A DNA stretch of 64,000 nt from Camelus ferus (lineage: Eukaryota). The notes under the pieces were generated by a model, which saw nothing but the letters and a program-made list of their open reading frames with translations, did no database searches and was not told where the DNA came from. Both the position numbers and the translations under genes were made by a program. The DNA lies in contig NC_045696.1 in assembly GCF_009834535.1 (NCBI RefSeq), forward strand, positions 89,716,001 to 89,780,000, written 5' to 3'. This document shows, piece by piece, positions 13,101 through 26,299 of this stretch; positions within the stretch are counted from its first letter, which is position 1, and the number at the start of each line of letters is the position of its first letter.

Positions 13101-14789
13101 TTTTTAATCTAAGCCTACATTTTGAAGAAGCTCAGAACTGGAACTGGAGTGGCTGCCCTTGGGTGAAGCTATGTTGTATAAGGCAAACAGCAAAGTTTAG
13201 AAAGTAGTTTAAGGCTGACTGGGATAAAACAATGAAATCAGACGCAGAGACAGCTGGAGCCACTGGCAGGACTTTGGAAAGCTTTTCTTAGGAACTAAGA
13301 GCAAATAAAATTTTTTTTTTTTTTAGTTTGATCTTAGAGAATCTATTCAGCTGACACCAGAAAATGGCTAAAACCGCTTAATGAGTTTCTTTACTCTGCT
13401 TCCATCAATCCTGAAAGATGCTCATACATCTTCTGGTCATTCACTGTATTAAAAACAAACAAAAAAATAAAACTGCAGGTTCAAGCCATGCACATCCGGA
13501 CAATGCAACAAAGACCATTTTATATTTCTGACCTTCCTCTCCCATTATTTCGCTGAAAAAGTGGCTCATTCACTTACATTTAAAGCTCTCCTTGGTAAAG
13601 ATAATACAGATATTTTCTCCTGTAAAAGATTCTGAAAATGGGATGCCGACCAGTTCCCCAGGATGTAATTTTAAGAGGGGCCCAAGATTTCAGGGACTTC
13701 ACTGAAATGAACTCAAGATAGCCCCCTAGAGGGGGCAAAACGAAAGAGGGACTAAATGTGGGAACGGAATGTGAAACCAATTTTCAGGGAGTTTAAAAAT
13801 CCTTCAGCGTGCTCCTAGGAGAGCCTAACCCTTAATTACCTTATTTCAGGTAGCAGGTAGGGAAATTCCTGTGGGTAAGAGGACTTCTCATGCATTCCTA
13901 AGATGATGGGAAGGAAAAATAGCCAAGGCACTGACAATTCTTGGAGAGAAATGCGTTTTTTTTTTTTTTTTGCTCTTTTGAAAAATACCTCATTTTATAG
14001 CACTGACACCATTAATAGTTAAGAAATGGAAAAGCTAGAGGTGACAGGAGGAAAGCCAGTGAATATGCTACTGTTAAGAATTCCTTCTTTGAAATAGTGT
14101 TTGATTACTATATCTTAGAAGTTCTGATGGGGAAAGGAGAGAAGAGACAGGAAGGCTAAAAAAATATATGGATGTGTATATATATTTATGTATTTTTTTT
14201 AATTAGGCTTTTGAATTTAAAGAGAGAGTAGAGATCTACGGGTCCTTCCTAATTTTAAAGAAATGCTTATCTCTTTAGAATAATATGAAATGGCAGGGTG
14301 TCCTGGAGAAGAATCATCTCTTCAGATGTTTCACTGTAAGATTTATAGTAAACGTATTTTTCCTGTCTCCTCTCTGGTGTAGTGTATGCACTGTGATAGT
14401 AGTAGGTTTTTTCTCTTTCATTATCCAGTTCATTTGGTAATGATTAAGTAAAACGAGGGAAAGCATCCAGAGGAGAAAAGAACGTACAAAAGAAAAGAGA
14501 AGACGCCAGAATGGAAAGTGAAATTCTGTTGCATCCTTACTGAGTCATTCTTACATGGTTTTAGGACATAGTATAGACATTCCTTAGATTCTAAGGTCTG
14601 TGTATCTGGCCTCAAGAATCTGCCATTGTAGAGAAGATTTATGAAGGGGGATAAGACAGAAAAAGGGCACCAAACATACCTACCCCATTTTGCACAAATA
14701 TTCGGTGGCTCATTACCCATCCCATCCCTGACCTTTCCTTAACTCCATCTCAAGTCCATTCCAGATTATTAAACTCTGATGTATTAGAT

Positions 14790-14950
14790 TGATTATGCCA
14801 TATGTATTTTCTCTTACTTTTATTTCCCCCTTTTCTTATTGTTAACTTACTTTATTTTTGTTCTAGTATTATTGTTGCCCTGTACACATCTTTGCATGCC
14901 TTCTAAATCCCATTTGAAACAAAGAATGTTATAAATAAAAAATAATAACA
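14790..14950 (+). mobile_element. Probable L2d-type LINE 3' end
   Basis: TGCCTTCTAAATCCCATTTGAAACAAAGAATGTTATAAATAAAAATAA resembles the L2d terminus as recalled. Confidence 0.4.
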
Positions 14951-17242
14951 CAAAGCTAATTGCTGATCTTTGAAAAATTGATTAGTGTTATGACTACCAA
15001 AAAAGGTGGGGAAAACGTTCCCTTTAGAGTATAGACTCACATAGATTTTAATTTCCAATGGGCACTGTATTTTATTATATATTATCTTTATGGATCAATA
15101 TTGCATTATAGGGCAGTGATTTTTATCTTGAAGCTTAAACTCAAGGATATTCTTAGTATCAGGTATCTGCAGGGCTATATACCGTTTGGAGGGAGCATAC
15201 GTGCACTTGTATAACCACCCACGGAGGAAGGGGAGAGAGTGTTACCGAATATACGAGACTGAAGGCAATTGGGGGCCGTGTCCATGAAGTTACTTTGTTT
15301 GGATAAAGCACATTCTTATAGAGGCATAGATAGCATGTGTGCAAGGGATTATTTTAAAATGAGGACAAATACACTATAAAGCATCAAATATCTGTTCTTT
15401 GGAAGCCATTGCAAGTTAGGCAAAGGGACCTCAACAAGAATAAAAATAATTTTGACTTTTTATTTAATAATCTAGTCAATGAATAAAACTGTAGGCAGTT
15501 ATACATAATGGTTGTTTTCAATGTTATGGTGCAAACCAATATTTAAAGATAACAGCATCGCCTGGCAGGTACAGACTCAATGCTTTCTGAAAGTTAAGTA
15601 TGTAAGGCTACTGCAATGCCCCTTTTATCTTTTTATGACTGCTTTCACAATGTCAAGGTTGAAGCTATGAAATATTTCTTTAGCTTCTTGGCTAATGCAA
15701 GGTATTATGTACAGTAAATTATTGCTGCTGTCACACAAAAGGAGGTGTTAAGTGTTTAGAAACAAAAAGTTGTCCCTTAAAAATTCCCCAAGTCCTAGTT
15801 CTATACAAAGAACTTGAAAGACTGCACTGAAATATCTTTTTATTTAGCTAATTTATTATTTTACAAACAATTTATAACTAAGGAAAATAACAAGAGGGAT
15901 AAAAGTCAATGCTTATATTACCAATGGGGAAAAATAATAAAGCTTTAGGTCCAATATTACTTTCTCATCAACAAATGTTGTGTTATGTTTGTTATGGCAA
16001 TTGTTTTTGAATTATTTGTTGTACATGAATTATTTATGGCTGTTTCCTAGAATTTCCCTCCCTTTCTCAACAATCTTGGCTAATGCTTGGATTATCTTGT
16101 TTAAAATAGTGGCTTCTTATGTTACATGATTTTCCTTATAAAGTCCAAGGGCTTCTCATTACAATCATTAAAATTACAGGTAAATGATGTGTTCTGCTTT
16201 GGTGGTTTCCTTCAGAACAAGAACATCTAATTCCTCACTCCAGCAACGTGGCTAATCTCCCTTGATCCAGGACAGTGTACAGGTCAGGTCACAAGAAAAG
16301 GATGATGTTTAATAATTTGTGTCAAGAGTTAAGTGAGTTTGTGCCTGTTGGCTTCTGTCTTATGCATCTTTTTAATTTAATCTTCTGTGAATTGCCTTTA
16401 ATACAATACATACATTCATTTCTGCTGTTTATAACTATGCCTAGACTAAGTTGTTTAAAACTTGTAACAGTTAATTTCTTCTAAGCCTCTTGAAAATGCC
16501 ATTCTACTTTTATAAAAGTACTTTCTGCAAACTTAAATGTAGCCATAAAAGTTAAGCTTTTGCTAGGATATCATTGAAAGTTGTTTTGTTTTGTTCGTGT
16601 GTTTTGTTTTTTTTGAGGCCAGTTTCCCTCTGCCTTCCACAGAAGCCTTGTTTATAATTTGGTAGCTGTAATGCAAAGATATCTGGAAAGGGCCTCAAGA
16701 AGTCTGTCCAGAACAGGGAAGGTTCAGGGTGGATAATCAGACTGTGAGTTTAAGCTAGGGCCAGTGAGTGTAGCATGACAAAGTATCTACTAGTCTACGT
16801 GTAGCAGGAATTTAGTTTCAGAAAGAAAATCTGAAAAGATGAGGTTAAACAAGGGAGAAAAGACTAGAGAGAAGCAAACATTTAGAGCCATAACTGGAAT
16901 AGAAGCCATAACCTGTGACATCTAAGTAATGATGGGGTAGTGAATGGCAAGTAATTGGCAGAGGCCCCAAATGAAAGGGGTTTGGCAATAAGGATGCCTG
17001 GTGATGGGTCTCCTAGTTGAAGAGCACTGAGGCACGCTGGTTCAAGGTGTAGGGAAAGTTCTAACTTGGAGGAGTGCTCCTGGAGGATTGGGTGAATTCT
17101 AATCAGCACTCAGCTTTGAGACCGAGTAGTTAGCAGAAATGTCATCCCCCCTTGGTCTGCATTCCTTTCCCCCTGCTGTTCCTTGACAGTGTCTTGCATC
17201 TCTAATATACTGCACTTTTTATTTTTTGGCTTGCACACGGGT

Positions 17243-17690
17243 ATAGCTTTCTGGAAAATGTTTAACAACTGGCTCCCTGGGATTAAAAAAAGCCAAACAA
17301 GTCTAATTGTAATATTTGCCTTCTGTGGTATAAATGCTCCACCATGGCCAATTTCAAACTACCAATATGACATCATTGGACAAGGAAATTGGGAAGAAAT
17401 GTACAGCAACAAACAGCTATAGAATATTTCTGTCACACATGTGCAACGGGAATAAACAACCTCAAGAGCACAGATGACAGTAAAATGTAGCAAAATAATT
17501 AGAAAGAGATGATTGTATTTATTATGCTATGATATGCATTTATTTCTTGTTTTTAATGTAATTTACTTAATGGTAAGTTTATATAATTTGTCCTAAAATA
17601 ATAGTTACGTTTAAGAACAGGCTCACAGAATTCCTGAAAATGTAACAATTGGCTCTCATGAGCCAGTAGCAGCCGGTTCCAGCTTCACTT
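17243..17690 (-). mobile_element. MER63B-like hAT-Blackjack non-autonomous DNA transposon
   Basis: AATGTTTAACAACTGGCTC, CCACCATGGCCAATTTCAAACTACCAA, AACCTCAAGAGCA and ACAATTGGCTCTCATGAGCCAG are colinear with the MER63B reverse complement. Confidence 0.88.
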
Positions 17691-18231
17691 AACCTGCCCT
17701 CCCTAGTTTGTCTGGCTTCCCTTCCCCCTTGGCACCTCAGGTAATGCCTCTGGGAGGGACAGTGTCTTCTCTACCATCCTGCTTTCCCTGTTTCCATTTT
17801 CTCTCTTGTGATTGGGATACAGGTAGGCAGTCAGAGCTGGGATTGCTCACTGTCCCTCTGTTTGCTGCTTGGGGGTGTAGGGGTGTCCAGGGCATCTTGG
17901 TGTTTGCCTTACAGGTTGATGGTAGAAGTTGGGAAGAGCATGGATAGCATCAAGAAGCAGAAAGCTGTGAATTAAAGGGAGGTTTCAAAGGTTGATTGGC
18001 TGCTGTCTATTAAAAGCCCAGATCATGAGAAAACAAGTAACTTGCGGTGAAAGTCAAGTCGGCCAGCTTGCTGCTGCGTTTCTCCCGAAGCCCCTACTTG
18101 CTTCTGGGGGAGTCACGTAGACTGCTGTGGTGCTGGGGGATGAGCTAACTAGGAGGAAAATGGCATAGATGTGGAGAGGGGATTGGCCTGAATAAAACAC
18201 TGTAAAAGGCTCAGTAGTTTGAGCCCGGCTC

Positions 18232-18309
18232 TAGACCAGTGGTGTCCAGCTGAAGTCTCTATGATGATGGAAGTGTTTTGTCTATTTGTTTGTCCAATAT
18301 GATAGCCAA
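18232..18309 (+). mobile_element. MER3-like hAT-Charlie 5' fragment
   Basis: CAGTGGTGTCCAG...TGATGATGGAAGTGTT...TGTCCAATATGATAGCCA. Confidence 0.7.
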
Positions 18310-18464
18310 AGAATGAAGAGGGCCAAACCATTTGCAGTCATAGAGAGGGTCAGGGTTGGCTTCTGTGCATGAAACTAAGTTTGGACTTTCCAAATCTAGG
18401 TTTATTTAGCAGTATTGCTAATTGCAGGGTTTTGTTACAAATCTATTTTCTTTGGCCAATTCTC

Positions 18465-18562
18465 TTTTTTCATCTTTACTGAGGTATAACTGACAAATAA
18501 AATTGTGAGATTATTTAAAGTGCAGCTTCAATGTACATCATGGTGGTTTGACATACATATAT
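18465..18562 (-). mobile_element. Short L1MA-type 3' terminal fragment
   Basis: TTTACTGAGGTATAACTGACAAATAAAATTG, flanked by a degenerate repeat TGGCCA(A/G)TTCT. Confidence 0.7.
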
Positions 18563-18824
18563 CTCTGGCCAGTTCTTGACTTATATAAGATACTAACACT
18601 AAAAGTTACCTCCTAGAAAACGCCAGAATTAGGGGTACAGTTTAATTGGCCTTGACTACACCCACTGAAAACCATAAGATTAAAACTGCAGCATTAACAG
18701 CCCAACACTAATTCGAAGGGATACTCTTCAATGTTTCTTTGGAATTATGACCAAATTGTAGTTCCACACACTACTTCAGTACTCAGGGCCAGAGAACAAG
18801 TGTGGGCAGGCTGATCAATAAAAA

Positions 18825-19025
18825 GGCTCTGCAGTCAGGCTGGCTACAGTGTGAATTATTCCTCTGCCACATATCGCTCCTGAACCTTGGGCAGGTTACG
18901 AAGTCTGTGTCCTCACTACCCAAACTGGAAAATGTCTGCCTCATGGGCTGCCCTGAGAAGAAAACTAAATGATGTATTAAAGTGCCCAATGTAGTGCCCA
19001 GTCATTAATTAGTCAATAATCATTT
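18825..19025 (+). mobile_element. MIR SINE
   Basis: GGCTCTGCAGTCAGG...CTCTGCCAC...ACCTTGGGCAGGTTAC core and MIR tail. Confidence 0.8.
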
Positions 19026-19164
19026 AAATAAATGTCTAGTATTTAATTACTTAAATATTAGTAAGCTTTAAGTATTAAAAATAAAAGTAATAAAATATGG
19101 TGATATGAAATGAATTATCTGAATTCTACAAAATTGATCTTATCATGGATTTGTTATCATAGTC

Positions 19165-19550
19165 ATCTTTCCCATTAAAACTCAGGGGTAAAACCCAGGA
19201 ACAGCGTTAATCTTACAAGGCTTCCGATGGTCCGCTCCTACCCAGCTCCTCACCTCGCCTTCACCTCTGCCCAGAGCCTTCCTCTGCTTCTTTCAATGCA
19301 CTGTGTTCTCACTCACTGGGGAGATTTTACACCTGCTGTTCCCTGTCCCTGTCCTCCATCCTCTCCACCCTATGGTCTCAACTCAAGCTTCCTCTGACCC
19401 TCCAGCCTTGGTCAGCTTGCTCAGCCATGTGCTCTCACTGATTCTGCTCTTCTTTTTTGCATCAGTTTTTGGGTGTGTAGTGTATACATTTGTTTGTGCC
19501 ATTATTTGGAGATGTCCATCTTGCTCATCAGGCTATGAATCATGAGCAGG
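19165..19550 (+). mobile_element. L2 LINE 3' region
   Basis: Pyrimidine-rich decayed L2 text (TACAAGGCTTCCGATGGTC, CACCTGCTGTTCCCTG). Confidence 0.6.
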
Positions 19551-19908
19551 CACAAAAGCAACTGCTGATTAGCTACTGAACTAACTAGTAAAGTAATTCA
19601 TTTGTGGCTTTTATTTTTTTCATGGTGTAATACTGTGTTGTTTTTTCAAATGAACTTCATAACAATTGTTGGTCAGAAAAAAATGATTAAAAGTACATTT
19701 TGTGATTTGGAGTTTGTTCGGGGACTTAGAACTCACTCAGTGCATAAGCCTGCTTCATCTTCACTTGAATGTAACCATGTGGGAGCTGCTTAGCAGATCA
19801 CTAACCAGTGGTTCTGGGGATGTGACAGTCCAGTGGTCAGCCCAGATCACAGGAAGCGTTCCCTGCAGGCAGTGTAGACTGAAGTAATTACCCTAGCTGG
19901 AATTCAGT

Positions 19909-19941
19909 CATCTCACCCTAAGAGTACATCTCACCCTAAGA
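19909..19941. repeat. Short tandem duplication, period 18
   Basis: CATCTCACCCTAAGA at 19909-19923 and 19927-19941. Confidence 0.9.
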
Positions 19942-21004
19942 AAGCCTAGAGAATTATTTTTCCAGTGCAGCCATTGGCTTGACGTTTAGCTACCTTTTCT
20001 TTATGAAACCCCATTACACTTACTTTGCTTTGGTATTTCTTCCTATGATTGAACAAAGAAAAATTAAGGGCCGCAATAAAAGCAAATTTTCAAATACGAA
20101 ATATGTTTATAGCATAGAAAATCATGACAAAGCTCAGATAATTCACTGTTTTGCATTTGCAATGTGCACATGAGTGAGCCAAATGATGTTTAAATTTTTC
20201 TTCGTTCTTTCTCAATAATGGGTCAGATAAATCACTGTCTGATTGCCTATTACATTCTTGAAATTGCACTGGGGATGACTGGCAATAAAAGCCCCCAATT
20301 CAGACTCACTTGTGTGCAAACAGTAAACATTGTTTACCATTTTTATATTTATGTCAATGATTATAAAATAGTCAACAGCTAAAAGGTACTTAGAAAAAAA
20401 GCAGCATCTTTCCTACAGAAAGGAATCTCTGACAAAAAATTTTCTGTTTCCCCTTGATTATGCTACTCCACAGCATGGCAATAATGTGAATATACAACTA
20501 TCCCCAAGCCATTTATACCTCTGCTATCAATTACAAAATAATAAGCTAGAGCTACAAACATGCTGGATATTAAGGAAAAACAATACCTTTGTTTGGTTCA
20601 AATAGTATATTTTTAAGTGCATATTTCAAAGTCTCTACATTGACCCAGTTTACTGTACAGATTTTTTTCCTGTGCTTAATTTCCTTCTTCTTTATTTAAA
20701 TAATATTCGTGATTACCCACATTTACATCACTTATGAGGCCTTTGCTTATTCGTTCTCTCATTTGATTTGGTATTGTGCTTAACAAAAATGAGGAAAATG
20801 ATTTCCAAGACATGTAAAGTAACTTGTCTAATGTTTGGTTAAATGGCCAAACACAGCCTAAACTCAAACCCTATCATTCCACACCCGCATCTGTACTTTT
20901 AGGCAAGGGCAATACTGTTTGGTAATCTTAAGCCTCAGTGTATGACTTTCTGGACCAAGTTTCCAAATTTATATACTTATGCATTGGTTGATTAATTGAT
21001 AACT

Positions 21005-21320
21005 TGACTTCCTTACTCATTACCCATTGACCCATCAGTTTTGGTGGGTGCTGTATCTTGTATTCTATGGGGTGCTGGTCTTTTGTATGTATGCGTGCTG
21101 TCTTACTAAGCTCCACAAAGAAAACAAAGAAGAGATAGTATTAACCCAAAAAGAACTTAACCAAGTATGAAGCAACTTTAATGGAGGTGTGCGGGGCTGG
21201 AAAGAGAAGGCGTCTCATAAAAAATAAGATTTAAGCTGGGTCTTGAAGGGAATGGTGGACTTGCATTATCAGGGAGAAAGCAGAAGGGCATCCCAGGTGG
21301 TGGAGACTGCAGGAAGCACC
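21005..21320 (-). mobile_element. L2 LINE fragment
   Basis: ATTTAAGCTGGGTCTTGAAGG...AGGGCATCCCAGGTGG is typical antisense L2 text. Confidence 0.65.
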
Positions 21321-24300
21321 TCCAGGAAACATCTTACTGGCTGCAGTGAGTAATTAATGTGGTTATTCCCGAGTATGTCTGCACACTTTGCATTTTAAAT
21401 GATAATTTATCATTACAAGCAGTGTCTGATTCTCATGAGTGTTAGTTAAAAATTATTCCTTAAAGGCTTTATTAATTTAAAACTATCAACTTCGGTATAA
21501 TATCATTTTGAAATCTTTTAGGGTCTCTTGAGGTAAATCCAAGTACGACATACCACAAACCGGTAAATAGGTTCAGTTTTGGTGAGGCTCTGCCTGAGGG
21601 CAGTGAGCTGTCAGGAGAGGGTTTTATTTCTGGGATTTTCAGAAGCAAAAATGTGGCTGTTGTGACCCTGTTGAAAGCCACTGCTCCCTGAGTGACACAG
21701 AAGGGTACTCAAGATTCTTTGCATATGGATTTCAACCTCCTGGCTTCTTGTGAGCAGAATCTGATAATATTCTGGGCAGGGCAGTGCCCGTATGAGGAAG
21801 GGACACAGGCAGGAAGGGCCCCTCTGTCGGGTGCACAGGTGGAGGGGCAGTGTGGGGTTCTGTCCCCTCTGTGGGCTGGGTGTGTTTGAGAAAGCAGGTA
21901 ATGGGTTTCTGTTAATGTCTGCTGCCAATTCCTTACTCTTCCTTCCATGGTGGGCATCCATGGCAGCACTCCAAGGACACAGAGGAGAGAGGAGTTCAAA
22001 GTGAAACCCAAGGGTGAATCTGCTCATGCACACCTTGGGGAAGCAGCTACCTGATTGGGGAAAGGAGATGAATATTCCCAGGTAGCAGGATGGCTGGTGG
22101 TGGGAGAGGATGTGGGAGTAGGAAAATAGCCTGACACCCCAACCTGGAAGGAGGAAGGGGTGGGAGAAGGGTGATGGCGCCAGGTCCAAGATGGTGGTCC
22201 AGCCAACGCCTGCTCCTTCAGCAGCTCTCTCTCAAGCCTGGACTTGAGCATACATACAAAAGACCAAGTGTTGGGGAGGGAGAGTTGGCGGAAGGCAAAG
22301 TTGCTGTGACCTCAGATGACTTGGGAGTGGCCACCAGCCTAGAAGACCAGGAAAGTAGGTGGAAGCCAGCAAAAGAAGGTGGTTTTTTCAATCACTCCCG
22401 TATCACATCCTTACTTCCAGCCTGGTTTCTAATTACACCTTGGGCCGCCACCCTGACTAGTGATTTGGTCTTCCTTCAACCTAATATTTATTCAATATTT
22501 ATTCAATTTATTCAACCTAAAATTTATTTAGTTAAGGAGGGAAGAAAGTGATTTTCTATTAATAAAAGTCGTACTCATGTAATGAAGAATTGATATGCCC
22601 TGAAGTTACTACCATTTTCACTCATATGGACTTCCCTTTACTTCTATAGTTTTTCCATCATTCATACACTGAAATGCAGTGTTTGGCATCCATACCTGTA
22701 ACAATAGCAGAGATGGACATGGAGGTGGGTACTAAGACTCAACTGGTGAACAGCAATATTTAGTTTCTGAATTTTAATTGACTCTGACACCTGACATCGG
22801 AGTGTTCAGTAGCTAGTCTAAATATGGTGATCTGCTCCGAATATAGAAATTGTTGTGTGCACACAGAAAAATTATTTAATAGAAGCTGGAGTGTCTGGTG
22901 AGGACTTTTATTTAGGTTTCCACTTTTCACCTGTGGATTCTCTCTTCTTCCCAGGAGCAGGGCCAAATTACACTGTGGGCTAAGGAGTCATGTGTGGGAA
23001 CATGTCAGATTTAGCCCTGTGGTGATCCATCTCTTTCCCATTATGGGTAATGGAATGCCAACCAATGCCATCCAGCCAGTGGCCCAGCCCCCTTGATCTT
23101 GATTCAGGTCAGGGTATCAGGCTTTCTGAGGCTGATGTGGCCCATGAAACCAACTGACCCAAGGACGTGGGAAGAGAACTTTGGGAGGAGATTTTAACAG
23201 AGAGAGGTTTGGGGTGGGTGCGTGTGTGGGGCGGGGGGAAGAGTGGGAGAAGGTGCACATTTAAGCTCGGAGTGGATGAAAGGAGGATGATGGGGAAAGA
23301 ACAGAATAAAAGTTGAGTGTCAGCATAAAAGTCTTTCCCTTTCTGCCATGACTAACAGGAAGATGGGCACCTGGCCCTCTTTCCTTCCGCCAGGGGGAGG
23401 GGCTCAGTACCAGCATCCTGATGTCTTCTCATTCTCCTCCTTTCCCCCTCATTGAAGGCCACTGGTTGTTAGAGCACCCCTGATCTAGATTCCCATATCC
23501 TCAGCAAGGCGATTTTACCACTGCTGATCTGCCTAAGAATGTAAATGAGTACATTTAAATATCATGTTCTCAACAATTTTATGTTTTGTTCTAAGCTCAA
23601 AATAAAGCTACCCAGGTGTTCTTTTATAAATAGGACTGCATGAATTTAAACAAACCTTTGCATTATTCATCGCAACAAAGGAATCGGAGTTCCTTCTCTA
23701 GGTATAACTAATTTTAACACTTTTTAAAAGTAATAAACTACTGAAGGTAATTAGCACATCACTAAGCATTGTCTTGAACAGATGTATCAAATTTGACTTG
23801 GAAACCATTTTGTTGGATGAACAATTATCCTGAAACCCACTGAAAGTTATCTATCACTGGTTTTTGGCCATGATGACTTTATATTATCATAACTTGTTTT
23901 TAATTCAAGCCCTTGGCAAACAATTTAAATGAGATTTGCAATGTAAGAGTGCTAATCTCCTGGTTGAAATATTAAAACTTCACGCATGAAAGATTTATTC
24001 TTTTAATAAGATCAATCACACTGGACATCACTCACTCTCCCCAATTAAAACCCACTTAATTCACAAACAATTTATTTAAAAAATTTGCATACTCCAAAGG
24101 CACATTAGTATAATAGATTTTCTGTCCCACTTAAGGTGGGTAACAACTGGCCATACCTAAACTCAAGCTCTTCTTACCCTGTCAAAAATTCTTTATTAAT
24201 AGGTGGTTGACACTTTAATTCTAAAACAAAGCTTCTAACAGTTTTAGAAGATGAATACACCAAGGAGCATGCGATAATAAACAGTTTAATTCAGTGGGAA

Positions 24301-26299
24301 TTGCCAGCACTGAATGCACATATGCTCACAGCTGGGAGAGTTTGTTTTGTTTGGTCATTTAGTCATTCGTTTATTAACATTACCTTGGGGGCAGAGGTTT
24401 CTATTGGAAGAATACCCTTTAGTGGCCCCTTTTACTTCTGGACGTGAAAGGCAAGTGGTGCTGTCCTGGAGAAGACAGTAACCAGACAGCTGTTGGCCTG
24501 ACAGAGGCCCTGTTTTCCCATCCTCCTTCGTTGTGGTGAGGAGGGGACAGAGGACGTTTGCATGGAAGCCAAGGAATCTCCTTGGAGGAGAGGGATTAAG
24601 ACGGATGCCTCCTGCCCTGAGGTTCAATGCTTCTCTTGCAAGGAAGTGGCCCTGACAGCGATCAGTTATCAAGAGATGATCCCAGAAAGTTCTGAAAGGA
24701 AATTTACCCTAAGAATGAGGGCATCTGAACAAAGAATTGATTCTTGATATATTTGCTAGTGAGAATCAGAAACCTGGCACTGGGAAAATGTAGCTCTGTG
24801 GGAGATGGAGGGGTGGTGGGTGGAATGAAGGTAGGGGTGTGAATTAACTGAGAAAATATAATATTGGGACCCAGGAGTACAATGACATAAAGTAATCAAG
24901 GCAGAGTTTAATACTGGTAAAGAGACCCCCTCTTCCTCACTCTTCTACCCTGACAAGCTACAGTCCTGGACTGCCAGTCTAGACTGCACAGCAGTGTACA
25001 CAGAGGTTGCAGTAGGGAAAGAGACTGGGGCTATTCAGAACACTCAGTTTTCTCCATAAAATGATTGGACTAACCCAGGTTCCCACAGGCCACACCTTAC
25101 AAAACTGTCAAGATGTCACTGTCAGCATCAGCTGGAAAACTGCTCTCTCTAAAAGCACAAGAGGACACTTCTCCCCCATACAGCCTGTGTCTGCTGTGGA
25201 TGCTGGGACCACAGGCCTGCGTCCACTGTCCTACAACCTACCAGCTGACAGTCCCCTACTCAGAAATGGTGGTTAGCTGAAACAGAAACTGGATAAAGCA
25301 TACACTGGTGATGCTCCCTAGGGACAGAGTATTTATTTCATTTACCAACTTTATAGCCTTTGATACATTTCTCAAGAAGTTGCCTCACTCAGTAAAATAC
25401 GGATAAAAGTCAAAGAGAGAAAAGTGAAAAATATTTTGCCAATATGATGTCCAGAAGAAAAGAAAATCTGAATACACTTGGGGCATACTCATGGAAGTGA
25501 AGCTTATTTTCAGTGAGTTTGATGACTAACTATCCATAACTATCCAGTTATGAGTGGTAGAAAAATTGTGACATGAACAATTCCAAACATGTTAAAATAT
25601 GGTGGTATATCAAGAATGAAATAAATACCTCAGACTGAATTTGAACAAAAAGGTCTGCAATTTTTATTCATAGAAAATATTTTTTCACACATGTTCATTA
25701 GATAAATGTTGCGCAAATATGTGAAAAATCACCATTTAAGGGGGCCTCAAACTACTAGCCCATCCAGGATGCCCACACGTCCCGGTCCACCCTGGGCATG
25801 CCCACAAGGAAATCCGGGCTGTCGGGTCAAGCGCTGCTGCTCTGAGGGCCTAGTACTACTTCAGTCCAAAGAGGGCACCTTGTTTATTTTAAGCCAAGGC
25901 AAACTGCAGATGACATATAACTCTGCCTCCTTCCTTTCCAGCGTCTTCTCCTCATTACCCTGTGTCTGCACAGCCTTAGTACACTAAGAACTTCAGCTAA
26001 CTGCTGCCTGAATTTACCAAGCACCTCCCCACACACCTAACATTCCCAGTTCAGTTCATTAACTGTATTAGACAAATGTTTGCTATGACCGTTATGGTAT
26101 TACTCAGAACTCAAGGACGAGAGTTATGCCTAACACGTATGCTACCATACACTGATCCCCCTTTCCCCGTTGCAATCAGATACTAATTTTTTGAAAGACA
26201 AAAACCAAGTTTTAATTTTATTTCCTATAGTTTTTTTACTTTAAAACCTAATTTGCTTTATGAAATAAATTTGAAGAAAAAAGAGGTGGAGGAGGACCC

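Noticed and set aside
21611..22551. Longest ORFs (192 aa on minus, 126 aa on plus) as genes or retrogenes
   Set aside because: No recognisable domain, overlapping ORFs on both strands in a locally GC-richer patch, and no poly-A/TSD or exon structure. Expected by chance.
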